Positions 19,138 through 28,469 are shown, counted from the stretch's first letter. The stretch is DNA of 45,740 nt from an uncultured archaeon (GCA_964388035.1 CAYLZE010000034.1:1-45740); one strand, 5' to 3'. Made by a program: numbers and translations. Notes: generated by a model not told the origin, from the sequence alone.

Positions 19138-20559
19138 ATGAATCAAGAAAAAGGATTGCAAATGTCTTTTCTAGAGCCTTTACCACTCAGAAATAAATTA
19201 GGCGTGAGCTTATTTCAAATTGGTAGTACTCTTTTACGTCAAATGTTCCTGGTGGGCTTACTAATTTTTTATCGTGAACAATTATTATTATCCGAAGTGT
19301 ATATCATATATGCCTTCGCTTTATATGCCTTATGGAATGCTATTAATGATCCTTTATTTGGAATTCTATCTGATAAAACTAAGACGAAATGGGGACGCAG
19401 ACGCCCTTATCTGTGGATATTTACCCCTATTCAAGCCTTGGCATTTCTCTTATTATGGATATCTCCATCAACAGCAGAAATAGGCCAAGTCGGTGTTTTT
19501 ATATGGTTATTGGTAGGGTTATTACTTTTCGACACCGCTTTAACAGCTACAACTATCGTATGGTCTGCAGTATTACCTGAATTAACAATGATTCCTAAAG
19601 ATCGAGCAGAACTTGCATTTTACGCAACTATTTTCGCGATGATTGCTGCCATTGTTGTAATGTTCATTCCCGATGTATTTCTGAATGCCGGAACTGAAGG
19701 ACGATTTACTATAATCCTTATATTAATTATAATTCAATTAGTGACCATGGGAATTAGTAGTTACTTTGCAAAGGAGCGCTTAGTGTTCCAAGAAGATGAA
19801 TCCTTGGGAGTGGTTGATGCAATAAAGTATACGATAAAGAATAAATCTTTTTTGGTCACGACTTCCATGTGCTTTTTGACCACTTTTAATAATACCGTGT
19901 TTTACGGGGTAATATTTTTCTATTTATACTATGTACACCCAGGAACGGATCTTGGTCCATTGATGATTTTTGTCATTTTAGAGGTAGTAATAGGATTGAT
20001 TATTGGTACTATCTACGCAATTTATAATATTAAGAAAAAAGGGTTAAAACCCGCAATATTAAGAGGGCTCCTTTTTTATGCGGCAGGGTTTTTTATGATT
20101 GGTCTTTTACCGGGTATATTTGGTCTTTTAGGATTCGTTGTTGTAGGATTAGGAGTTTTTAGTTCTCAGTCCTTGGTGGGTACTGCGTTAGCCGATGTAT
20201 CTGATGAAGATGAAGTGATTACGGGTCGTCGTCGAGAAGCCGCGATTTATGGTACCAATGCATTATTCACAAAACCTGCAGAATCTGTTGGAACCTCGTT
20301 TATTGCATTCATGCTCCTTGCCTTTCATTATCAAGAACCTATAGGAGGCGTTCAGCAAGTTCAATCTTCCTTAGCTATTCTTGGTCTTTTAATAACTTTA
20401 GGGATAATACCGGGAATTGTAGCAGTGTTAGCATTTCTCGTCTTTAGACTATTTCCATTGAAAGGTGAATATTTAAAGGAAATTAAAACTAAAATGAATG
20501 AAATGCATGAAGAGAAATTAAAGCAATTCATCAAAAAAAGAACGGAACAAAAGGGTTAA
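19138..20559 (+). CDS. MFS transporter, glycoside-pentoside-hexuronide (MelB/MFS_2) family
   Basis: NAINDPLFGILSDKTKTKWGRRRPY and ADVSDEDEVITGRRREA motifs; about 12 TM helices. Confidence 0.9.
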   Translation: MNQEKGLQMSFLEPLPLRNKLGVSLFQIGSTLLRQMFLVGLLIFYREQLLLSEVYIIYAFALYALWNAINDPLFGILSDKTKTKWGRRRPYLWIFTPIQALAFLLLWISPSTAEIGQVGVFIWLLVGLLLFDTALTATTIVWSAVLPELTMIPKDRAELAFYATIFAMIAAIVVMFIPDVFLNAGTEGRFTIILILIIIQLVTMGISSYFAKERLVFQEDESLGVVDAIKYTIKNKSFLVTTSMCFLTTFNNTVFYGVIFFYLYYVHPGTDLGPLMIFVILEVVIGLIIGTIYAIYNIKKKGLKPAILRGLLFYAAGFFMIGLLPGIFGLLGFVVVGLGVFSSQSLVGTALADVSDEDEVITGRRREAAIYGTNALFTKPAESVGTSFIAFMLLAFHYQEPIGGVQQVQSSLAILGLLITLGIIPGIVAVLAFLVFRLFPLKGEYLKEIKTKMNEMHEEKLKQFIKKRTEQKG

Positions 20560-20632
20560 CTCATTTTTTTTTTAATTTTATCTATTCTTTATTGTATCAA
20601 TTTAATAGAATTTTCTCAAGAAAACTTAAAAA

Positions 20633-21127
20633 ATGAACGATATAAAAAAGAATGCTAATTTTATAATTGACTATTTAACGGGAAGAAAAATTCCAACCCA
20701 ATATAAAATACGGATTAAAGAGAGAAATTTAGGAAGCTTTAGGCAAATTTATTCAGATCCTGGCTTAATGGAAGAACCTTCTCAAATTAATAGCTTAAAA
20801 GCAAATCATTTTTATTCCGTTGTATTTGTTAATGCCTTGTTTTATAAATTAATTCCAAGCATCACTTTTGAATTCGAAGGAAAAATGAGAAATCTGATTT
20901 TAAACCATGATAAAATCGGTCATCAGGGGAGTGTTTTTAATTGGGAAGGATGTGTTGCTATTAAAGCGAATGATAAAATTACAGAAGAAGCAACATGCAC
21001 GGAAGCATGGTTTGATGAGGAAAGAGCATTGTTATTTCTTAAATTCCTAATAATAGTTAACAATCAAGAAAAAGCCATGGTGTGTAAGATAACTTCCACT
21101 GTAACTATGGAAGAGGGAAGTTTTTAA
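20633..21127 (+). CDS. Hot-dog fold protein (MaoC_dehydrat_N/HadA-like dehydratase subunit)
   Basis: Pattern IGHQGSVFNW...IKANDKITEEATCTEAW...LFLKFLIIVNNQEKAMVC resembles the HGEQ.F....I..GD.L....NQ.GE.V hot-dog consensus. Confidence 0.55.
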   Translation: MNDIKKNANFIIDYLTGRKIPTQYKIRIKERNLGSFRQIYSDPGLMEEPSQINSLKANHFYSVVFVNALFYKLIPSITFEFEGKMRNLILNHDKIGHQGSVFNWEGCVAIKANDKITEEATCTEAWFDEERALLFLKFLIIVNNQEKAMVCKITSTVTMEEGSF

Positions 21128-21246
21128 AAATGGAATAAATCCTTAATATTGGTAAAAGATTCATTAACCTAAAATTTAAATCTCCTTCTCTGGGATTGTG
21201 AAAATTTTTTATTTCAAAGCTTTAATAAAAATTAATTTGTTACTTT

Positions 21247-24200
21247 TCAAGGAGTTTCTTCAACCTTCCTTTTAGGAATTGTAAAATAAAATGTAGAACC
21301 TTTCCCTGGTTCGGATTTTACCCAGATTTTTCCTCCGTGGCGTTGGACTATTTTCTTGCAAACTGCTAGTCCAATCCCAGTTCCGCCATATTCATCCTTT
21401 TTATGTAAGCGTTGGAAAATAATAAAAAGACGATCAAAAAATTGATGATCGATTCCAATTCCATTATCTCGCACAAAAAAAACCCATTCTTCTTCTTTTA
21501 CTTCTGCAGAAATATGAATCTCCGGATTTATATCTTTTCGATGAAATTTTATTGCGTTAGAGATTAAATTTTGAAATAATTGCATCATTTGGGATTCATC
21601 GGCAATTATTACAGGTAAAGGATCCCATATAATTGTTGCATTAGTTTCTTCTATTGTTGTTTGCAAATTAATAAGCACGTTATTCAAAACTATATTAGTA
21701 TCAGTAGAGATAAAAGGTTGCCCACGCGTTCCTACTCGAGAAAAGGTTAATAAATCAATTATTAATTTTTGCATTCTTGTTGCTCCATCTACAGCGAATT
21801 GAATAAAATCTTTAGCATCTTGATCTAATTTATCCTGATATCGCCTTGCTAAAAGTTGAGTAAAGCTAGCTACCATCCGTAATGGTTCTTGAAGATCATG
21901 TGAGGCAACATATGCAAATTGTTCAAGTTCAGTATTTGACCTCTTTAAATCTTCTAAAGTCATTTTCAGTTCCTCTTCAGCAATTTTACGTTTGCTTTCT
22001 TGAAAATCTCTCTGTAATCTAGTGTTTAAAATAGGGGCTATTTGATTAATGATATTTTTTAATTTCTCAATATCACTCCCATCATAATTTGTCTCTTTAT
22101 TAGCAACTTGAAAAAGACCTATTACATTTCCTTGAAACATTATTGGGGCGCTAATATTTCTCTCTATCTTAATGTGCCCTTTCGGAGTAAGATCGGAAGG
22201 TTCGTTTGAATAGAGGATTTTTTTTTGTCCAATGGCGCGTGGCCAAATGCTATTACCCCATTTTTCTTTAGGAAATATAAATGTTTTCTCAGGAACTTCA
22301 CATTGATCCCAGATGTATCTTGTCATTGAAGGTACAACAAGGGCTCCATTTTCATCGATATAACCAAACACTCCATATTTGCTTTTCATTTCATTCAAAA
22401 CTATTTCTAGAATTTCATTAAAAATCTCATTATCGGGAATAGTAAGAAAAACATTAGAAATTTGGTTTTGAAGTTTCAATTCTTGTTCAAGGAGATACTT
22501 CTTTGTCCTATCAATAAACGTACCTTCAATTCTCATTGGTGCCCCGTTATTATCATAAATTATATGGGAATTAGTAGTGATAGCAATTTTTTCTCCATTT
22601 TTCTTTTTTGCTTTAATTTCATAATTCTTTATGAATCCCTTTTTGATTAATTCTTGCTTATAGGGCTCTCTCTCTGCGGAATCTTGCCAAAAGTCTGGTA
22701 GTGGAAGACCTTTTAAATTCTCAGATGGATCAAAACCGAGTATTTCGTTAAACTTTTTATTATGATCTAATAAAATACCTTGGAGTGTGACGTTATAAAA
22801 ACCCTCATCTAAATTTGAAATCATTGTTCGATATTTTTCTTCGGAGGTTTTTAGTTGTTCTAATGAATTTGTAAGAGCTTTTGTTTTTTCTTCCACTTTT
22901 TCTTCCAATTGTTCATTCATTTTTTTGATCATATTTTCGGCTTCAATTCTGGAAGTAATGTCCAAAGAAACGCCAATAATGCTTTTAACGTTGTTATTCT
23001 CATCAACATAGGGGATTTTACTCGTGTTCACCCATGCTTTCTCCTTTTCAGTTTCCCAGGGTTCAACGATATTTAATTTCGGTACATTACTATTAATCAC
23101 CTCTAAATCGTCATCCAGATATTTTTGTGCTAGATCTTTTGGATATAAATCAAAACAATTTTTTCCTTCCATTTCCTTTTTGGATAACTTATGCGCATCG
23201 GCAAAATATTTATTCACTCGAATTAAATTATTTTTATCATCCTTATAGAATACCAACCCAGGAATGGCGTCAATAATGAGTTCCAACTCTTTTGATATTT
23301 GCTTATAGTTCATCTCCGATTCCTTTAACTCTTCCTTCAATTTCCGTCTGTCTGTAATGTCACGCATTACTTCTATGGTCGCTCGTTTACCGCCATAATT
23401 TTTGATTTGAGTAGAAATAATATCAAAATATCTCGTGTCTTCGATAGTTGGAGTTGAGATGCATTGTTCAAATCTTACTTGGCATACTTTTTTTTTAGAA
23501 AAGGTCATACTAGGGCATTTATCACAAGGTTGGTTAAGATTTTTAATTACCTTATAACATTTTTTTCCAACAAGATCAGTTCCAAATAATTCATGAGCAA
23601 CATTATTTTTAAACATGATATCGAAATTGTCTGAAATGACAAAAATAGTATCTTTCATGTTAGAAAAAATCGAATTAAATTGTTCTTGGATAACCTTTGA
23701 CTGTTTTTCCTTAGCTTCTGCCTGAACTCGTTTTTCAGTCTCTTGTTCAATTAATTCATACCTTTCATTAAGATAATCTTTCATAAATTGCATATTAAGA
23801 GTAACTTCATTAAGCATTTGTTGTAGTTGCCCGATTTCTCCTGTTGCATTAATATCTATCATATCATCAAGATTCCCCCCCGAAACCTTAGCCGTATGTG
23901 AAAGTAATCTTGAAATTTCTTCTTTAATATCTCCCTCTAATTGAAAATCCATTAATTCCCTATCTTTATCTCTATAACTATTAAAGGGAAGTTCCTCCAG
24001 ATATTCCTTAGGTTCTTTAATAGAAAATGACTCAATTCCACAAAAACTGGGAGTTTTGATTGATTTAAATCCTAAAGCTTCTGCTAATTCAATAGTTTCA
24101 TCGGTATTAAAGACAGATTCTATAATCGCATTATAATTTACTTTTCCCGGTAATTGAGACCATCTCTGCATTTGAGTTAACATCCATACTCCATAATCCT

Positions 24201-25071
24201 TCCATGGATGAGGGATAAAATCAATTCTATTTGGAATTTGGAAATTTTGACCCAACCCATTTGGAAATTCACCTGATAATGCTTGAGCTACGGGAATATA
24301 ATCTTTTTGGTTTAAATGACGTGGTCCTGAAATCTCCTTACCAATTTCCCATCTTTCTTCTATAGTTGCATTATGAAGTATTAATTGTGCTTCTAATATA
24401 CTTTTAAGCATAATTGAATAAGTATTTGGATTTTTCTCAATAAATCGCTGTGAAGTCGTAAAGCTACAGCATGGGTGTCCAGACCATATATCATTGGATA
24501 AAATCTGTATAAAACCCGATCCTTGATATACAGCGATTTGATTGTAAGGTTCTGCTGTAAAATATCCATCAAGACTTCCTTTCCTCAAATGATAGGGCAT
24601 TATTGGTGGCGCTACTTCTTTTATTTCAACATCTTTGAGTGGGTTTATTCCATTTGCTGCTAAATAATAACATAATAGATAATAATGCATAGAAAATTTA
24701 TATGGTATTCCAAATGTAAACCCCTTCATCTCTGATACGTCTTTTATTCCAACATGCCTTTTTGATAAAGTTAATGCTTGTCCATTTATATTTTGAATCA
24801 TGCTTAAACAAATTTCTGCCTTTTTTCCATCTAAACCTAAATTACATGCGATAGGCATAGGTGAAAGCATGTGAGCGGCATCAATATGATCATAAACAAG
24901 AAGATCTTTAATCCCACTCCATCCACTGGGCTTTACTAATTCTACATTTAGTCCATTCTTTTCAAAAATCTTATGACTATGAGCATAAATAAGAGGAGCT
25001 GCACATATTATAGGTATATACCCTATTTTCAGATCTGGCTTTTCAATTTTAATTTTTTTATTTATGATCAA
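21247..25071 (-). CDS. Soluble sensor histidine kinase: NrtA/CmpA/CynA-type binding domain - HAMP - PAS x3 - GAF - HisKA - HATPase
   Basis: Binding domain LKIGYIPIICAAPL...NINGQALTL...SMH...HPCC; HAMP ISRLLSHTAKVSGGNL...GEIGQL; H-box ASHDLQEPLRMV; N-box QNLISNAIKF; G boxes DNGIG, GTGIGL, GKGSTF. No TM segment. Confidence 0.9.
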   Translation of the reverse strand: MIINKKIKIEKPDLKIGYIPIICAAPLIYAHSHKIFEKNGLNVELVKPSGWSGIKDLLVYDHIDAAHMLSPMPIACNLGLDGKKAEICLSMIQNINGQALTLSKRHVGIKDVSEMKGFTFGIPYKFSMHYYLLCYYLAANGINPLKDVEIKEVAPPIMPYHLRKGSLDGYFTAEPYNQIAVYQGSGFIQILSNDIWSGHPCCSFTTSQRFIEKNPNTYSIMLKSILEAQLILHNATIEERWEIGKEISGPRHLNQKDYIPVAQALSGEFPNGLGQNFQIPNRIDFIPHPWKDYGVWMLTQMQRWSQLPGKVNYNAIIESVFNTDETIELAEALGFKSIKTPSFCGIESFSIKEPKEYLEELPFNSYRDKDRELMDFQLEGDIKEEISRLLSHTAKVSGGNLDDMIDINATGEIGQLQQMLNEVTLNMQFMKDYLNERYELIEQETEKRVQAEAKEKQSKVIQEQFNSIFSNMKDTIFVISDNFDIMFKNNVAHELFGTDLVGKKCYKVIKNLNQPCDKCPSMTFSKKKVCQVRFEQCISTPTIEDTRYFDIISTQIKNYGGKRATIEVMRDITDRRKLKEELKESEMNYKQISKELELIIDAIPGLVFYKDDKNNLIRVNKYFADAHKLSKKEMEGKNCFDLYPKDLAQKYLDDDLEVINSNVPKLNIVEPWETEKEKAWVNTSKIPYVDENNNVKSIIGVSLDITSRIEAENMIKKMNEQLEEKVEEKTKALTNSLEQLKTSEEKYRTMISNLDEGFYNVTLQGILLDHNKKFNEILGFDPSENLKGLPLPDFWQDSAEREPYKQELIKKGFIKNYEIKAKKKNGEKIAITTNSHIIYDNNGAPMRIEGTFIDRTKKYLLEQELKLQNQISNVFLTIPDNEIFNEILEIVLNEMKSKYGVFGYIDENGALVVPSMTRYIWDQCEVPEKTFIFPKEKWGNSIWPRAIGQKKILYSNEPSDLTPKGHIKIERNISAPIMFQGNVIGLFQVANKETNYDGSDIEKLKNIINQIAPILNTRLQRDFQESKRKIAEEELKMTLEDLKRSNTELEQFAYVASHDLQEPLRMVASFTQLLARRYQDKLDQDAKDFIQFAVDGATRMQKLIIDLLTFSRVGTRGQPFISTDTNIVLNNVLINLQTTIEETNATIIWDPLPVIIADESQMMQLFQNLISNAIKFHRKDINPEIHISAEVKEEEWVFFVRDNGIGIDHQFFDRLFIIFQRLHKKDEYGGTGIGLAVCKKIVQRHGGKIWVKSEPGKGSTFYFTIPKRKVEETP

Positions 25072-25303
25072 TTAAACCACTTTTTTTTTCTAATAAAATA
25101 TTTATAAGTTTTTCAACTAGAGGGGTAAGGATTAAACAAGTTGGAACTCCGACTGCTAATGCTAATAGATGATTTCTTAACCATGTATCTATAAAGGTTG
25201 TATTCCATCCAATTGAAACTGTTGTAATTGTAAAAGTGACTACTTGAGTCATGAAAAATGCAACAACTACTCTACCAAGTATCTTAGCGTTAGTTTCCTT
25301 CAT
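25058..25303 (-). CDS. Small two-TM membrane protein, DUF2798-like
   Basis: FFMTQVVTFTITTVSIGW...FIDTWLRNHLLALAVGVPTCLILTPLVEKL. Overlaps the kinase start by 14 nt; AGGAG Shine-Dalgarno upstream. Confidence 0.65.
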   Translation of the reverse strand: MKETNAKILGRVVVAFFMTQVVTFTITTVSIGWNTTFIDTWLRNHLLALAVGVPTCLILTPLVEKLINILLEKKSGLIDHK

Positions 25304-25594
25304 TTTCTTAAAATCTTCTCCTTAAAATTAATTCACATTTACTATCTAACCAAATTAAATTAAATATACTGTATTTTATTTGAATCTCAGCTAGTTTTTT
25401 CCCGAGTATATTTACTACATAAAAGAAGTAATTCATAAAATTATGTCTAAATTCTAATATTAAGTTTCATAATATAAAGATTCTTTCAGTAATAATTTAA
25501 GCGATTTCAACGAGAGGTTAAATTCTCTTTCTCTTGGATTATAATAAATTCAATAAATGTAAATTTTTTTATTATTGTAAGTTTATACTGAATT

Positions 25595-26890
25595 ATGGAA
25601 ATTATGGAAAGAAAGGAGCCTACTTTATTTAAAAAATATCCCAACCTAAAGGGAAAAGTCCCCTTTGTCCCTATGTTAACGGGTGTTCCCACTCCCGTTG
25701 ATAGGTTAACCAATCTAGAAGCGCACCTTAATCTTAAAAACGCGCAAATTTACATCAAGCGGGATGACATTGACCATCACATTTATGGTGGCAATAAATT
25801 GCGTAAGTTTGAATTCTTGTTCGGGAAAATGGTGAAAAGTAAGAAGAAAGCGGTAATTACGATGGGTGGAACGGGAACTAACCAAGGCTTGGCTTGTGCG
25901 ATAGTGGCACAACAGCTAGGCATGAAATGCCACCTTTTCCTCGCTCCTCAACCCCTCACTTGGCACGTGCAACGTTCCTTATTGCTGTATGATCATTTTG
26001 GTGCAAAACTTCACTTAGCAAAGACTAATGAACGAGGATTAGTTAAAAGTTTGTTCTTTCGTTTATTTCACCCTCACTATTTCTTGATGCCTTTTGGAGG
26101 TACCCCTATATTTGGAATCGGCTCTTCATTAGGCACAGTGGGTTTTATCGATGCGATGTTAGAATTAAAAGAACAAATTGACCAAGGGTTAATGCCTGAA
26201 CCGGATATCATCTTTGTTGCAGGAGGTTCAATAGGAACTGCCTCAGGATTAGCTGCTGGATGCAAACTTTTAGGATTAAAAGCCAAAATCCACGTGGTAA
26301 AAGTCTCAGAAGATCTCGTCATCAATGAATCAAATTTTCTTAAAGTTTCAAATAAAGCTTTAAAGTACTTGCATGCAAAGGATCCTTCTGTACCCCTCTT
26401 GGAAATTAATGAAGAAGATTTTAAAATTGTGGAGGGATTCCGTGGCTCTCAATATGGTATCATTACAGACAAAAGTCAGGAAGCGGTAGATATCCTTTAT
26501 GAATTAGAGGGAAAACAGAAAGGATATAAATTGGAAACCACATATACGGGAAAAACAATGGCTGCACTTATGGACTATATTACCCAAGAAGAAAACAAGA
26601 ATCAAGTCGTTTTATTCTGGAATACCTATAATTCCAATAATTTGGATGCATATTTGAGAGAAACTAACTTTGATTATAAAAAATTACCCCCGAAATTTCA
26701 AAAATATTACGAAGAACGATTTCAATGCTGGCAAATCCTTGATTGTCCCCCCGAGATTAGGCAAGATTGTCCCGCTTACATGAATCAAGAATATAGGTTC
26801 TGGAAGGTCGCGGAATGTGCATTAGGATCGGAAAATAGCGAAATAGCAAGAAAAAAGTTGGAAGAAGTCATTAAATTAGAAAATAATTGA
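25595..26890 (+). CDS. PLP enzyme of the D-cysteine desulfhydrase/ACC deaminase family with a C-terminal Cys/Trp extension
   Basis: PTPV, IKRDD, YGGNKLRKFEF (PLP Lys), GSIGT and ETTYTGK. The Thr matches D-cysteine desulfhydrase DPVYTGK rather than ACC deaminase DPVYEGK. Confidence 0.85.
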   Translation: MEIMERKEPTLFKKYPNLKGKVPFVPMLTGVPTPVDRLTNLEAHLNLKNAQIYIKRDDIDHHIYGGNKLRKFEFLFGKMVKSKKKAVITMGGTGTNQGLACAIVAQQLGMKCHLFLAPQPLTWHVQRSLLLYDHFGAKLHLAKTNERGLVKSLFFRLFHPHYFLMPFGGTPIFGIGSSLGTVGFIDAMLELKEQIDQGLMPEPDIIFVAGGSIGTASGLAAGCKLLGLKAKIHVVKVSEDLVINESNFLKVSNKALKYLHAKDPSVPLLEINEEDFKIVEGFRGSQYGIITDKSQEAVDILYELEGKQKGYKLETTYTGKTMAALMDYITQEENKNQVVLFWNTYNSNNLDAYLRETNFDYKKLPPKFQKYYEERFQCWQILDCPPEIRQDCPAYMNQEYRFWKVAECALGSENSEIARKKLEEVIKLENN

Positions 26891-27080
26891 GATTATTGAA
26901 GGACTTCATTGGGTGGAGTAGTAATAGAATGGATTTAAAAAAACGACGTTGAAGAAACCATGATTTTTTATCCTATTTTTATAAAGTTTTAGATAGTATT
27001 TTCTCACCAAAAAAGCTAAATTTTATATTTCGTTTTCATTCAATATTAAAAAAATTAAAATTTCATGAAAGAGGTTTATC

Positions 27081-27404
27081 ATGGCGAAAAAAAAGAAAAG
27101 TAAGCCCCTAAGTGAAGAAGTTGATGATGTACCCGATGGCAAAAAAGATGAGGATGGGGATGATATTTTAGATCTCTACGACGAGGAGGATAATCTTGAA
27201 GAGGATTTGGATTATGATTTAAGCGAAATACAAGATGAAATGTTGTCCGATGAAAGTGAGGAGGAAGAATTTGGCACGGATATCAGTGATGTAGAGAAGA
27301 TGCTGCGTAACATTAAATGTGAACCTTGTCCGGGTAGTTCGAGTAAGTCAGTATGTAAAGTAAGGGATGATTTTGGCTGTCCTCCTGATAAAGCGAAAAA
27401 ATAA
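27081..27404 (+). CDS. Small highly acidic protein with basic N-terminus and C-terminal four-Cys motif
   Basis: GAGGT Shine-Dalgarno; MAKKKKSK; D/E-rich middle; C-x2-C-x8-C-x7-CP. Confidence 0.75.
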   Translation: MAKKKKSKPLSEEVDDVPDGKKDEDGDDILDLYDEEDNLEEDLDYDLSEIQDEMLSDESEEEEFGTDISDVEKMLRNIKCEPCPGSSSKSVCKVRDDFGCPPDKAKK

Positions 27405-27568
27405 CGTTCATGGAGTTATTGCGGGGACTTTATTATATCTATTAATTTAGATCTTTCTTTCTATTTTTTAATATTAATGTAGATTTTTGCTTTTTTCTTT
27501 TAATAATAATGATTCCAACTTGTTTTAAATCATAAAAAAGGAAAAAATATTGAATAGTTCAGTAATTC

Positions 27569-28300
27569 TTACTCTGTAATTAATCTATTGGCTATTTGTT
27601 TGGGAAGGAAAAACCCGAAATAATAAAAAATTGAACTCAAAATCAATAAGGATCGTATTATTGAGATAATTAGTAGTTCTTCCCAGCTAAACGAATCTAA
27701 AGCGGCTGCAATTGTAAAAAATAAAAACGCTATTAGTAAAAATCGCCCCTTCCATCTAACATTAACATCTTTTGAATTCATGCTTACTTTTGCAAAAATG
27801 ACCCCCGTAGAAAATGCCACAATAATCGCAAATAGAGCAAAAATTAACGTCAATGAACTCCTTTGTCCAATATCTGGATTTACTTCTACGCCAATTAGAT
27901 CCGGATTAACAAATAGAAAGGCAATCAAAAGGATTTCATATGGTTCGCAAATTATTAAAAAAGTGGTCATTAGCCTGACTTTCCATTAGGGGTAAACCAA
28001 GCTAGTAAAAGAATAAATCCCGCAAACGATTGCTAAGGGAACAAATATGTTCGCAAAAATCAAAAACAAGAACGTGCTCAATCCTTGATTAAAAAGCATT
28101 TTAGAAAGAAAATTATATGCAGACCAGAACAAAGACATGCTTAGAAAAAGCCAACTCAATCCCACAGTTAGGAATTCTTTTTGGCGATTAGAGAAGTAAT
28201 TTAATAAAATTCTTATTCCAATTATTCAGGAAATTACAATGAAAATTAAACTAAACAAACCGCGAATGAATTCCACTTGGGATGCTATTTGGAAAATCAT
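27569..28300 (-). pseudogene. 7TM membrane protein pseudogene (two in-frame stops)
   Basis: Manual translation from ATG 28300 stays in frame for 244 codons: MIFQIASQVEFIRGLFSLIFIVIS*IIGIRILLNYFSNRQKEFLTVG...SFTSLVYP*WKVRLMTTF...YYFGFFLPK. TGA at 28226-28228 and TAA at 27986-27988. Collinear with 15644-16381. Confidence 0.85.
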
Positions 28301-28469
28301 AAGATCAGTTTTTTTATTTGTAGTTTTCTAAATTTAATTAATAATTAGTTTATCTTTTTAAAAACATTATTCTCGTATTTTTCTTTATTTGAAATAATTT
28401 ATTCAACAATTTGCTTTCTGAAAGGATTTTTTAATTATATACATTTAGAAAGGTTGAATCATTTTATTA

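Noticed and set aside
25058-25089. Programmed frameshift at the A9 run fusing the DUF2798-like protein to the kinase
   Set aside because: In the kinase frame a TAA lies immediately before the TTG start, so slippage in the A run would terminate rather than fuse.
28226-28228. In-frame TGA as possible selenocysteine or readthrough codon
   Set aside because: It falls in a TM helix with no Cys at the equivalent region of the paralogue, and a second in-frame stop (TAA) follows. A pseudogene is the simpler explanation.
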